Positions 39,773 through 49,324 of a stretch of 64,000 nucleotides of DNA are shown in pieces. The stretch is from a virus. The stretch is taken from IMG/VR virus record IMGVR_UViG_3300044993_000765, positions 1-64,000 of that record; one strand, 5' to 3'. The notes below the pieces were generated by a model that saw only the letters and a list, made by a program, of their open reading frames with translations, had not been told where the DNA came from and searched no databases. Made by a program: the position numbers and the translations under genes. Position 1 is the stretch's first letter; every line of letters begins with the position of its first letter.

Positions 39773-39865
39773 GACTAACTCCTTGTATTCCGTCGAAAAA
39801 CAGGGATGGCGTTACCGGCAGGAGATGCCGGCGACACCGATTTGGGATACCCGCTCCATTGGTTT

Positions 39866-39888
39866 GCGGGCCACTTGACGGTAACACC
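39866..39888 (-). promoter_or_regulatory. Conserved upstream motif of the CGCP gene (extended -10-like)
   Basis: gcgggccacttgacggtaacacc, matching 61745..61767 at 20/23. Minus strand reads TGnTACCGT. Confidence 0.5.
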
Positions 39889-39911
39889 GGAGTCAGCACA
39901 TACGCTGCCGG

Positions 39912-40547
39912 TCAATTGCCCGTGTCCGGGCGCAGAACGACCGCCGAAACGGTCAAGCGCAACCGGGTGAGGATCTCGGCCGGAAGCGTGTTGACGATCA
40001 GGACCAATGCATCGGCTCGCGAAAGCCAGTTCCCGACCGCGACCCAGCCCGATGCGACCACACCCCCGTTGATCTCCGTGGAGGGGATGCCCTCCCGGAC
40101 CGACCCGAGAGTAAAGGCCACCCCCTCCTCCGGGACTTCGACCTTCCAGTAGACCCCGAGCAGAAAGCAGTCCGGCGGGATCACGACCGGATAGATCGTG
40201 TCGTTTTCGGCCAGCGGATGGCAGGCCAGGTACTGCTGAAGACCGACCTGAAGCCGGCCGGTGTTTTCGGTCGGAAGCAGGCAGTCCTGACGCAGGGTGT
40301 ACCCGGTATCGATGAGCGCCGGATAGAAGTCCAGTGTTCGCGAAAGGCCATAGGCCACATGGATCTTGTGGCCCGCCGCTTCGGTCCGGACCGCATCGAG
40401 CAGCTCGGTGGTCATGGGGGCATTGGGATCGATCGACATTGGACAGTCGTCCGCGCAAGCATCGCCGGCCCAGCCGGCCACGTTCTGCGGGAACAACACG
40501 TCCTGCGGGGTTTGCCCGCCCCCGTGATACAGATGATGATGTGCCAT
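39912..40547 (-). CDS. Putative capsid decoration/cement protein
   Basis: Directly downstream of the major capsid gene; SD GAGGA before MAHHHLY. Confidence 0.5.
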   Translation of the reverse strand: MAHHHLYHGGGQTPQDVLFPQNVAGWAGDACADDCPMSIDPNAPMTTELLDAVRTEAAGHKIHVAYGLSRTLDFYPALIDTGYTLRQDCLLPTENTGRLQVGLQQYLACHPLAENDTIYPVVIPPDCFLLGVYWKVEVPEEGVAFTLGSVREGIPSTEINGGVVASGWVAVGNWLSRADALVLIVNTLPAEILTRLRLTVSAVVLRPDTGN

Positions 40548-40579
40548 GGTGGTTTCCTCTGTGGATGAGTCGCCTGCAA

Positions 40580-41530
40580 TCAATTGAACCGAACGTAGGC
40601 GACGCCCAGATGTTCGGGGAACAGCGGTTTATGGCCGAAGATCGACAGCCCGCGGAAGTACGAGCCGAAGAAGTGCTCGGACTTGATGACATCCGCGTCC
40701 TGCAACTGCTGCACGTAGCCCGTGGCCATGCGCTGGCCGAAGATCACGAAGCTGCACTGTGCGTTGGCAGTCTGATCCAGCACGGTCGGCACGAAGTTGC
40801 TGCCCATGAGCTGGAAGCCGGCCGGCGCGAGCGCGCCCATCGTGTTCCCGCGCGGGTCCACAATGAAGCTGCGCGGCAGACCGGTGATATACGCACTGGC
40901 CAGCGGCGATGTGAACAACGCGGTCTGCGCTGCGTCAGGCAGGATCATGAACATCTGCCCGGCCTCGAAGGCATTGGCTTCGCCCATGACGGTTCGACAA
41001 CGGGCCATGAACTCCAGCAGGTTGGCGCCCGTAATCTGCAGCGGGGCGCCTACCCGACCCAGGTTGATGTTGCGGCTGATCGAGCCGGCGTTGCTGCCTT
41101 TGTTGTACGGCGCTGCATGACGGATCATCTTCGCCAGCACCGATTTTTCCTGCGCGTAACCGACGGTACGGCCGCCGCTGTCCTCCAGAGACTTGATGAG
41201 TCGATCCACATTGCGGATCTGCTTCATGTCCACGCGATCGAGCTTGTAGTTCCAGTAGAAGCCTTCGTCCACGGTGAGCGTGGTGCTTTCGACTTCCGGG
41301 GTGTTGGTCAGAAGCCTGGCATTTTTCTGGTAACGGTGGACGGTCGCGACCGGTTCACGCTGGAAGGTGATGCTGTCGCCGAACTGTTCGAGTTGTCCGG
41401 TGTAGCTGGTGGTGGTGATGTCTTTCAGGATCGTGGCCGCGTAGGACCGGATCAGAAAGCGGTTGTAGAACTGCGGTTGGATCAGGCTGCCCGAGTATTG
41501 CGGGTAGCCGGAGGCGGCGGGAATCGCCAT
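40580..41530 (-). CDS. Major capsid protein
   Basis: MAIPAASGYPQYSG, ITTTSYTGQLEQFGDSI and FFGSYFRGLSIFGHK. 316 aa, follows the scaffold gene. Confidence 0.8.
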   Translation of the reverse strand: MAIPAASGYPQYSGSLIQPQFYNRFLIRSYAATILKDITTTSYTGQLEQFGDSITFQREPVATVHRYQKNARLLTNTPEVESTTLTVDEGFYWNYKLDRVDMKQIRNVDRLIKSLEDSGGRTVGYAQEKSVLAKMIRHAAPYNKGSNAGSISRNINLGRVGAPLQITGANLLEFMARCRTVMGEANAFEAGQMFMILPDAAQTALFTSPLASAYITGLPRSFIVDPRGNTMGALAPAGFQLMGSNFVPTVLDQTANAQCSFVIFGQRMATGYVQQLQDADVIKSEHFFGSYFRGLSIFGHKPLFPEHLGVAYVRFN

Positions 41531-41611
41531 CGGAAGCGCTCCTCAGAAAATGGGGGGAAGCGCCCGGCCCGCCGCAGAGGGTCGGCGATCAGCAATGCAT
41601 CGGTGATCGAC

Positions 41612-42679
41612 TCATGGATCGACGCGACCGCTCTGCTGTGCGGCGGTAAAGGCGCGCTCGAATGCCTGCAGTTCGGCGAAGGTTTTTTCGCCGCGCTGCC
41701 ATTTCTTCACCATCGCGTCCAGATCGCCGGCCCGGAACCGTTGCCCCACAGCGGGGACGCCGGTCGCCTGTACGCGCGCAGGCACGGCCAATGCGTCGAA
41801 CGGGTCGGGGCGAGGCCCCGGAGCCGTCGCGCCGACCTGTCGGTACGCCTTGACGATGTTGACGATGGTGTCGATGTCGCCGGCCGCATCGGCTTCGATG
41901 AGGCTGGCGTTGTAGCTCTTGCCGGCGGTGTATGGGTTGCGCTGCTGCACGAAGTCGGCCCATTCGGGTTCGTCGAACACCGTGCGGTCCTCGCCCAGCC
42001 GTTCGACCAGTCGGCTGCGAAACGTGTCGCGTGTCCGAGTCGCGTCGCGGGCTTCGATCGAGCCGATGCGCGCATCGGTTTGTTGCTGCAGCGTCGCGAC
42101 CTGTTGGCGGAGGTCGCGGATCAGGCGCGCACCGGTTTCGCCGTACTCGAACGCGAGATCATCGTCGATGTCTGTCGCCGGTGAGTCGCTCAAGGCGGTA
42201 TTTGCCGGCTCAGAAGGCGTGGACGTTGCGCGCGCGCTGCGCAGCGTCTCCAGTTCGCTTGTCAGCGTCTCCACTTGCGCCTGCAGTTGCCGTAGGATGC
42301 CGGCGTCTTGTGAGGCGGTGCGCGCTTCGAGTTCGCGGATGCGGGCCTGGAGCCGCGGGACTTCCGCGTCGTACTTCCCTTTCAGGACGCGGTAGCGCGT
42401 CTCGAAGCCACCATCGGTCGGCGCGGATGACCGCGGCATTGGTTCGGCATCGTCGATGCGCCAAGCATCCAGATCGACGTAACCCTCACTGCCACCATCG
42501 GCTGCGGTCGACGCGCTGCCCGGATTCGGTGTCGCAGCGGGAGCTGCGGTCGATCCGGGCGTCAGCGGTGTCGGTGTCGCGGAAGTCGATGCAGGTGTTG
42601 ACGCGGCCGAGGATTCGCCGGTGTCTGCGGCGACCCGGGCTTGCAGGGCTTCGAGGGTGAAGACATGGGGTGTGGTCAT
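41612..42679 (-). CDS. Capsid scaffolding protein
   Basis: Low-complexity N-terminus, RYRVLKGKYDAEVPRL coiled coil and C-terminal AAQQSGRV; upstream of the capsid gene. Confidence 0.7.
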   Translation of the reverse strand: MTTPHVFTLEALQARVAADTGESSAASTPASTSATPTPLTPGSTAAPAATPNPGSASTAADGGSEGYVDLDAWRIDDAEPMPRSSAPTDGGFETRYRVLKGKYDAEVPRLQARIRELEARTASQDAGILRQLQAQVETLTSELETLRSARATSTPSEPANTALSDSPATDIDDDLAFEYGETGARLIRDLRQQVATLQQQTDARIGSIEARDATRTRDTFRSRLVERLGEDRTVFDEPEWADFVQQRNPYTAGKSYNASLIEADAAGDIDTIVNIVKAYRQVGATAPGPRPDPFDALAVPARVQATGVPAVGQRFRAGDLDAMVKKWQRGEKTFAELQAFERAFTAAQQSGRVDP

Positions 42680-42898
42680 GGTTGGGCTCTTTGGGAGTCC
42701 ACGCGCGCACCGCCACGCGCGACGCCAGTCCAGCCCGCGCATGACGACGCGGATTCGGGTGTTGGCGCCGCGCATTGCGGCAGACGCATGGGTGTTCCAG
42801 AATTCCGCCGCACGTCAGTGGCGGGGCGGGCGGGGCCGATTGAGCTGAACGCAGGCTCGGCGTTGGCCTTGCACGGGTGACACGGGAGAACGGAAGGC

Positions 42899-43177
42899 TT
42901 ACACCTGCGGCAGGCTCGCGGCAGTGGCGCGGTCTTCGATGCGCATCGGCGCAATGGGCACAGTCGCCAGTACCAGCAGGGCGCGCAACTGACGCGCCGC
43001 GCCCTGGCGGCGCAGAAGCATGTCGGCGTCTTCCTCGCCAACGACGGCGTCTGCTGCGGCTCGGTCTGCATCGCGCAGAGCAGAGACGAAGGCGAGATAC
43101 AGGTTGGGATGCGTGGTCGCCATCCGGCCGAAGACGGCGGACAGGGCGTCGATCTGCGTTCGCGCGAATCCGATCAC
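42899..43177 (-). CDS. Small phage protein
   Basis: GTGA coupling to the upstream gene; LLRRQGAARQL motif. Confidence 0.5.
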   Translation of the reverse strand: MIGFARTQIDALSAVFGRMATTHPNLYLAFVSALRDADRAAADAVVGEEDADMLLRRQGAARQLRALLVLATVPIAPMRIEDRATAASLPQV

Positions 43178-43566
43178 AACGATGCCCTCCCCGCTGGCGC
43201 ATCGGTCACGACGACGGTCGGCATCTGCGGGCCGAGCGCGATCCCGGTCGCGACCAAGCGATAGCGGCCGGGCACGTCGATCACGGTGAGCGTATGCGTC
43301 GGCGTCAACAACCAACCGATGCCTTGCTGCATGGCCATGGCGTAGCGTTTCGCTTCCGCATGACCATGCACCATTTCAATGCGGATGGCGCCAACGCTGA
43401 GATCGAACGCGCGCACGATCGCACGGCCGCTGACTACCTCGAATTCGGGCGACTCCACGGACTCGCTGGAAGGCGAAAGATAGACGGCCGGGTCGCGGGC
43501 CGGCATCGCGCCACAGGACCCCGGCCGGCCGCACACGGGCGCGGGAGGATCGAAGATCGAAGCCAT
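43174..43566 (-). CDS. Phage structural/hypothetical protein
   Basis: Start overlaps the upstream stop; in the operon. Confidence 0.5.
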   Translation of the reverse strand: MASIFDPPAPVCGRPGSCGAMPARDPAVYLSPSSESVESPEFEVVSGRAIVRAFDLSVGAIRIEMVHGHAEAKRYAMAMQQGIGWLLTPTHTLTVIDVPGRYRLVATGIALGPQMPTVVVTDAPAGRASL

Positions 43567-44861
43567 CAGACGCACTCCGTATTGACACCCAACTGGACCA
43601 CGCCAACCTGGGCAGGGCCGAACATCAGTTGCTGATCGCTGGCGCGACGGAAATTGAGCCGGGTCATCACGAACCGACCGCCCGACACACCACCGGCGAG
43701 GGTGTAGACATACGTGAAGGTGCGCGCGACGCCAAGATTGAGCCAAACACCGATGCCGCCGATGTCGCCCTCGTCCGAGGCGTTGCGGACCTCGATCTCG
43801 TAGTCGGCCGGATTGAAAGTGCCCTGTACCCAGCCACCGGGATAGATCTCGTCGATACCGCAGCTACTCGACTGGACGACGGCGCCGCTGGGCAGGAATT
43901 GCAATGTGTAGGAGGTACTGGCGCCGGACCCGCCCTGTGTGACGCAGCACAGGTCGCCGAGCGCACTCAAGCCCGCGCCGAAGATCGGTTCGCCATCGTT
44001 ATCGCGCACGGCGATCGACGATGGCGCAGGCACGGCCGTGACGCGCGCATCCGGAAAGGCGGTCAACGTGAGCGTGCGATCCGGCCCGATCAGGGTATCC
44101 TGGACAGTGACAACGCACACCGGACCGCCGAAGGCGCCTACCGGAATCGTCAGGATCGGCGCAGGATACTGGTGCTGGCCCTGCTCGTCTCCGGAGAATG
44201 CAAGGGAGACGGTCAGCGGGCTGTCGTCGACAACGCGGTTGAGCACGATGTCCCAACACGCGGCCTGACCCTCGATGATCGTCGCCGCAGGCGGCGTCAT
44301 GCTGACGATGCTGTAGCCGGCGCCTCCCTCCCCATCGTTGTCGAGCACGATGATCGTGTCGAAGTGATTGCCCGGCGGTGTCCAGCCAGTCAGTCGTGGG
44401 CCGAACACAGGCTGCAGGATCAACTGCCGGTTCGGTTCGTCGATCGCGTCGTCCAAGGTCTCGACACATATGGTCGCGAAATTTGTTCCGATAGCGAAAG
44501 TCGCCGTCGGCGCAGGATAGCCGTGGATGCCCTGTTCATCGCCGCCCAAGCTGAAAGCGACCGAGAGCGGTGCATCCTCAACCGGGGCATCAAGCACCAC
44601 CACCCAACATGCATCCTGCCCTTCGAGGATGTTCGCCAGCACCGGGGTCATGGTCAGGGTGTGGACCGAGCCGGTTGGCGGCGGAGTATCGCAGCAGGTA
44701 TTGGCAATGGATAGCGTGCCGTCGCCGTTGTCGATGATTTCGATGCCTTCGCCTGCGCGAACGCGCTGCAGCAACGCCAGTACCGACGACGGCAACGTAT
44801 CGTCTGCTGCGAACGGGAGGTGCTGGCCCGCCTCGTATTTGATCGGATTGCGGTCTGGCAT
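43566..44861 (-). CDS. Fibre/spike-like protein with two Calx-beta/Ig-like repeats
   Basis: Repeat I.EGQ.ACW.(V/I)VL...D.PL(S/T)V...GDEQ..H.YPAP...DNDGE occurs twice. Confidence 0.65.
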   Translation of the reverse strand: MPDRNPIKYEAGQHLPFAADDTLPSSVLALLQRVRAGEGIEIIDNGDGTLSIANTCCDTPPPTGSVHTLTMTPVLANILEGQDACWVVVLDAPVEDAPLSVAFSLGGDEQGIHGYPAPTATFAIGTNFATICVETLDDAIDEPNRQLILQPVFGPRLTGWTPPGNHFDTIIVLDNDGEGGAGYSIVSMTPPAATIIEGQAACWDIVLNRVVDDSPLTVSLAFSGDEQGQHQYPAPILTIPVGAFGGPVCVVTVQDTLIGPDRTLTLTAFPDARVTAVPAPSSIAVRDNDGEPIFGAGLSALGDLCCVTQGGSGASTSYTLQFLPSGAVVQSSSCGIDEIYPGGWVQGTFNPADYEIEVRNASDEGDIGGIGVWLNLGVARTFTYVYTLAGGVSGGRFVMTRLNFRRASDQQLMFGPAQVGVVQLGVNTECV

Positions 44862-44867
44862 GGGGCC

Positions 44868-45059
44868 TCAGAGTTGCCCTTCACTCGGGCAGCAGATGTT
44901 GATGATGGTGATCCCGCCATCGGCATCGGCAGTGATCGCGATGCCGTGCCCGGCGCGCAATCGCTGCGCGAGCGCAAGCGTGGCCGCGGGCACGGTGTCT
45001 TCGGGAGCGAACGGCGCATGTCGCGCCTCGTCGTACTTGATCGGGAGTTGATCGGCCAT
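44868..45059 (-). CDS. 63-aa paralog of the fibre N-terminal domain
   Basis: SD GAGGAG. PIKYDEARHAPFAPEDT...RLRAGHGI...NICC versus PIKYEAGQHLPFAADDT...RVRAGEGI...NTCC. Confidence 0.65.
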   Translation of the reverse strand: MADQLPIKYDEARHAPFAPEDTVPAATLALAQRLRAGHGIAITADADGGITIINICCPSEGQL

Positions 45060-45069
45060 GTCCGTCTCC

Positions 45070-45726
45070 TCATGTCTCGACGTTGTTCTGCGATCCGGGC
45101 TCGCAGCGCCCGTAGTGCGGCACGCGGAATCCGCCGATGTCCAGGAAGCCGACCGGCATACCGAGCAGCGCAGCACGGCCGCCATACAGCGTGGTCGGCA
45201 ATTCCGCTGCCTCGCTCATCGGCGGCGGAAACACGCAGGGCTCGAACTGCAGCGCCTCCTCGATGGCCTCCCCCATCTCGGCGCAGGTCGGAATGGTGTT
45301 GCCCGGCTCATGCGGCGAACCGGCACAAGTCTGGAACAGGGCTGCAATCTTTTCGGGATCGCCACGCACCGGATCGTTGAGTAGTCCTGTGCCCTCGATG
45401 AGTTCGTGATCGGTATAAACGCCCGGGCCGGTCTCGGTGACGAGTGTCGTGCCATCGCTCATCACCAGTTGTATGCGGTGATCCTGCAGGACATTGATCT
45501 GTCGGACCTCGATGACTACCGGGAATTCGGGAAACTCTGGCAATGCGTCGATGGCCGCCTGCAGATCCACACAGGTCGCGATCGCGGTACCGGCACGCAG
45601 ATCGCGACCCGCGCAATCGGTTCCGATAATCGTGCCGGTCATCCGCCCGTTGACGATCTCGGCGTTGACTAACGTGATGTTCCGGACGGTCTGACCGTCG
45701 ATATTGGTTTCGTCGCAACAGCCCAT
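45070..45726 (-). CDS. Phage structural protein (Cys-rich)
   Basis: SD AAGGAGG before MGCCDE; LPTTLYGGRAALLG.P motif. Confidence 0.6.
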   Translation of the reverse strand: MGCCDETNIDGQTVRNITLVNAEIVNGRMTGTIIGTDCAGRDLRAGTAIATCVDLQAAIDALPEFPEFPVVIEVRQINVLQDHRIQLVMSDGTTLVTETGPGVYTDHELIEGTGLLNDPVRGDPEKIAALFQTCAGSPHEPGNTIPTCAEMGEAIEEALQFEPCVFPPPMSEAAELPTTLYGGRAALLGMPVGFLDIGGFRVPHYGRCEPGSQNNVET

Positions 45727-46112
45727 TACGGGCCTCCTTGTGCGAGATGGGGAGAAGGCGCCGTCGCGATGGGGATATCGGTTTCCGTCCAGTAGACGAC
45801 GGTATCGAGATCGCCGCGGCAGACCTGGACGCGATACGTACCGGGTTCGGCCAACACGATCTGGTTGTGGCGGCCGCACAGAACCGACTTGCAGCCGTTG
45901 CGCCGCCACGTCGCCCACAACTCCGGCGCGCTCGGCGGCGCACAGCAGGCCTGCGCTGCGTCCTTGATGCGCGGATGGATCAGGAATTGCAGTTCCGCGC
46001 AGCCGCTCCCGGCGAAACGCAGCAGGACCCAACGGTTCGTGACCTCGACATTCGGCACCTCGTCAGCCACCGATGGCCATGCGCCGTAATAGAGAAATCC
46101 ATTACGAGCCAT
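45726..46112 (-). CDS. Phage hypothetical protein
   Basis: SD GGAG before MARNGF; coupled to both neighbours. Confidence 0.5.
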   Translation of the reverse strand: MARNGFLYYGAWPSVADEVPNVEVTNRWVLLRFAGSGCAELQFLIHPRIKDAAQACCAPPSAPELWATWRRNGCKSVLCGRHNQIVLAEPGTYRVQVCRGDLDTVVYWTETDIPIATAPSPHLAQGGP

Positions 46113-46467
46113 GACCGGTCTCCGTCGATCCTGACGCCGCGCCTTCTGAACCGCCCGACGGCGGCTGCGCAAGCGTTTCCAGCAAGGGAGAACGCACCAG
46201 CACCGCCCACAACGCACGGAAGCTGCGCAACATCAGGGACCACACGCGAACATCCTTCGCCGGCAGAAACACCACCGGGTCATGCCAGTACAGCGTCCGG
46301 CGGCGCGAGCGATCGTTGACGCCGCTCGGCAAATACCCGGCCGCGTACTGGCCGTAGCGGACGTAGAACACGCCCTGCACGGGGTCGATGCGATGCACGA
46401 TCCCGGGCCCATACACGATGTCGAACACGGCGTCGCCCGGCACGATGTCGTCGCCGTCCATCTTCAT
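46102..46467 (-). CDS. Phage hypothetical protein (SH3-like N-terminus)
   Basis: GDAVFDIVYGPGIV; directly after the portal gene. Confidence 0.55.
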   Translation of the reverse strand: MKMDGDDIVPGDAVFDIVYGPGIVHRIDPVQGVFYVRYGQYAAGYLPSGVNDRSRRRTLYWHDPVVFLPAKDVRVWSLMLRSFRALWAVLVRSPLLETLAQPPSGGSEGAASGSTETGHGS

Positions 46468-46483
46468 GTGTCGGTTCCTAGGG

Positions 46484-48601
46484 TCAGAGTCGGTCGTTGC
46501 GCAGCGCGTTCACGACGGGAGCTTGGCGGCCGTCGAGTCCTGGCATCGTGGTTCCGGGCTGGGTCGACACCGGAGCGGCAACCGCTCCGCCCATCGACGC
46601 CATCGGGTCGACCCCAAGCGGCATCCCCGCGGGTCCAGTCACGCCCTGCGCAGCCAGTTGTTGCAACAGGTCTTCTGGCAACTGCTTGCCGAAGATCAGA
46701 TCGGGCTCGAAGCCCTGTAATTTCAGCCACTCGCGCAGCAGGTTCACGACGCCGATACGGGGAATGATCGGCATTGGTCCGGTCGCGAAGGGTTGCAGGG
46801 CCTGCAACGTCTCCACGGTGCGCGCCTGGCGCATCTCGCGGGCCATGATGCCCTTCGCGCCGCGGGCGGCCGCGGTGGCGTCGGCCTTCACGTTCTGGTC
46901 GGGGTAGAGCAGCATGTTGAGCAGGTACAGCCCTTCGATCACCGGCTCGACGAGGTACTTGTCGAGGTTGCCGATGGCCTGCTTGATGCCCTTGAGCGCG
47001 CTGTTGTAGAGCAGCGACAACCCCCCCATGGTCGAAGCCGCGCCCTGCGAAGGCGTCGCCCCGCCATAGCTGTAGGCCGGAATGCCGCAGACCTCGTCGG
47101 CGAGCCGCCAGTAAGCATTGAACACCGCCAGCAGCTCGGCTGCGACGCTCGGAACCTTGTCGAAGTTGATCGCCTTGCCCTTGTTACTGCCGCGGGTATA
47201 GAACACACGGTAGGGCCGGATCACGTTCGGCGTGTCCTCGCTCTCGTCGAGCGCGTCCAGGTTGATCTCGCCGATGGGTCCGGAGGCATAAGCCATGTTC
47301 TGCACCAGCCGCCGCGCCGCGCTGTTGGCCTGCCGCTGCAGGTCGCGCAGCAGCATGACCACCGACTCGCCCCAGAACGATCCGGGCAGACGGTTGAAGC
47401 TGGTGACGGCATAGGGTCGTCGGCCGGTCGGCATCGGGTTGAACAGGCAGCGCAACACCAGCCCGGCGCAGTGCCAGACGTTGACCTCGTAGAACTGATC
47501 CGGGTCGACGCGCTCGGGAAACGCCTCATCGGGGTCGCGACCTTCGTAGGCGACCCACTCCAACAGCAGTGCCCCGGGCACCCGACCCCAGAAGTCGATC
47601 ATGTCGAACAGGCCATCGTCACCACCCCAGGCAGCTCCGCCCTGCGCTTCCAGTTGTCGCCGCTCGGTCTCGTTCGAGGTCTGAGCGCGGTAGCCTGTCG
47701 GATACAGGGTCAGAAGTGCGGAGATAGCCTCGGAACTGAAGTGCGGCAGCGCCTTGCAGTCGGTGATCGCCTTACCGGTCATCGGCATACGCTCGCTGAC
47801 ACTGCCGCCATTCTGCGGATCGGTCGAGTCGCGGGACGGGTACAGGTCGAAGGGCGAGACGCGCTCCACTCGGATCTGCGAGACCTCGCGCATCACGATC
47901 CGCTCGCCGGTCCACTTCGGATTCGAGACCCGGCGGACGATGGGCGATTTCACGATGGCGGCGGGGAACACGGTCAGGTCGTCGATGGTGGCGTCGAACG
48001 CTTCGCGCCAACCGCCCTCCTCCAACTGGTCGTGGATCAGCTTCTCCATCCGCGTGCAGGCTTCGCGCGCGGTGTCGCTCTCCATTTCGGCGGCGACATC
48101 TTCCAACTGCTTGATCCGCTCGGCCGCGATGCCGGGCGGCAGCATCGACAGCATCACACCCTGGCGCTGCAGATCGAGCCAGAACGCCTGTCGGGCCGCC
48201 AGCTTGCCGCTCGCAGACAATTCCGGCAGCGGTGTCGGCTCGACCGTCCACGGCTTGTCCTCGGCGTTGGCCAGCGTGTCGCGAATCCACGCGCCCGCCG
48301 CCCGCGCCTTCATGCTCGCCAGCGGCATATAGACGTCCACTCCGTCCAGCGCCCGCGCCAGCTCAGGGTCGTACTCGCCGTTGCGCATCCGCAGGCAGCG
48401 CATCAGGGTCTCATGGACGCTGACCCCACCCCGCCAGACCGCGTTCTCCTTGTGCCGCTTCGCGTCGAGGTATTGGTCTTCGACGTACTGGCCGAGGCGG
48501 GTGCGGAGGCGCTGTTCCTGAGATAACTTGTACTCATCGGCTGCACGTTCCCGCCCGAGCAGTGCATGCTGGGCTTGAGAAAAGGAATATGCCGGGAACA
48601 T
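46484..48601 (-). CDS. Portal protein
   Basis: 705 aa. ERVSPFDLYP, PGSFWGESV...LRDLQ...N...R...NMAYASGP and TMGGLSLL; between terminase and head genes. Confidence 0.85.
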   Translation of the reverse strand: MFPAYSFSQAQHALLGRERAADEYKLSQEQRLRTRLGQYVEDQYLDAKRHKENAVWRGGVSVHETLMRCLRMRNGEYDPELARALDGVDVYMPLASMKARAAGAWIRDTLANAEDKPWTVEPTPLPELSASGKLAARQAFWLDLQRQGVMLSMLPPGIAAERIKQLEDVAAEMESDTAREACTRMEKLIHDQLEEGGWREAFDATIDDLTVFPAAIVKSPIVRRVSNPKWTGERIVMREVSQIRVERVSPFDLYPSRDSTDPQNGGSVSERMPMTGKAITDCKALPHFSSEAISALLTLYPTGYRAQTSNETERRQLEAQGGAAWGGDDGLFDMIDFWGRVPGALLLEWVAYEGRDPDEAFPERVDPDQFYEVNVWHCAGLVLRCLFNPMPTGRRPYAVTSFNRLPGSFWGESVVMLLRDLQRQANSAARRLVQNMAYASGPIGEINLDALDESEDTPNVIRPYRVFYTRGSNKGKAINFDKVPSVAAELLAVFNAYWRLADEVCGIPAYSYGGATPSQGAASTMGGLSLLYNSALKGIKQAIGNLDKYLVEPVIEGLYLLNMLLYPDQNVKADATAAARGAKGIMAREMRQARTVETLQALQPFATGPMPIIPRIGVVNLLREWLKLQGFEPDLIFGKQLPEDLLQQLAAQGVTGPAGMPLGVDPMASMGGAVAAPVSTQPGTTMPGLDGRQAPVVNALRNDRL

Positions 48602-48729
48602 GCAATCGTGGAGGGCGGCTCAGGCAGAGGGCCTGGAAAATCGTCTTTTTGACAGATCAAAGGGCGCTGGGGAATACTCAGGCATCCGGGAACTCCGGGC
48701 ATCAGGAAACGAACCGACCAGGGGACGGC

Positions 48730-49290
48730 ATGCGAGACGACATCAGCGATAAACTGGTGCACCTGACCAAGGGAATCGGGGTCGATCCACTGATGCACCG
48801 CGAGGAAGCGGCGCGAACGCTTGACAAGATTCTCAAAGACCAGGCTTTGCTAGGCGGCACGGGCTTCATCAAGGGAAAGCATCAGTGCGTCTGCTTCTCT
48901 GAAGCTCCCATCAGCAAGCTGTCGCAAATCTTGGCCGTGCGCGACAGCAACGCATTCAAGTACCAGCCCTACGGACTCATCGTCAGCAAGAAGTGGTTGT
49001 TTGCCAGGGGCGGCCGTCCCGTCATTTACGGTCCTGCGAACGAGTACAACATGCTCCCCAATGCGATGAAGTACCGGCATGTCCGGTTTTATCTCTCAAA
49101 AAAGTATGATGTCGATCACTCTTGGGAGCGGGAGTGGAGAATCAAGACCGACACCCTGAAGTTCACGGCCGAGGATGTCACGGTAGTGGTCCCCGACCGC
49201 GTCGCCAAGGAAGCCTTCCAAGTATCCGGACATGATGCGTGGCATTACATCGCCTTGAGTGATCTGGGCGTCAAGATTGATCGGCTCTGA
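48730..49290 (+). CDS. AbiGi-like ADP-ribosyltransferase-fold protein (moron)
   Basis: LVHLT, CVCFSEAP, YGL...GGRPVIY and WEREWR (H-S-ExE pattern). Confidence 0.65.
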   Translation: MRDDISDKLVHLTKGIGVDPLMHREEAARTLDKILKDQALLGGTGFIKGKHQCVCFSEAPISKLSQILAVRDSNAFKYQPYGLIVSKKWLFARGGRPVIYGPANEYNMLPNAMKYRHVRFYLSKKYDVDHSWEREWRIKTDTLKFTAEDVTVVVPDRVAKEAFQVSGHDAWHYIALSDLGVKIDRL

Positions 49291-49324
49291 CACCCGCCAA
49301 AAACCAAAGACCGCAGGATCCGCC

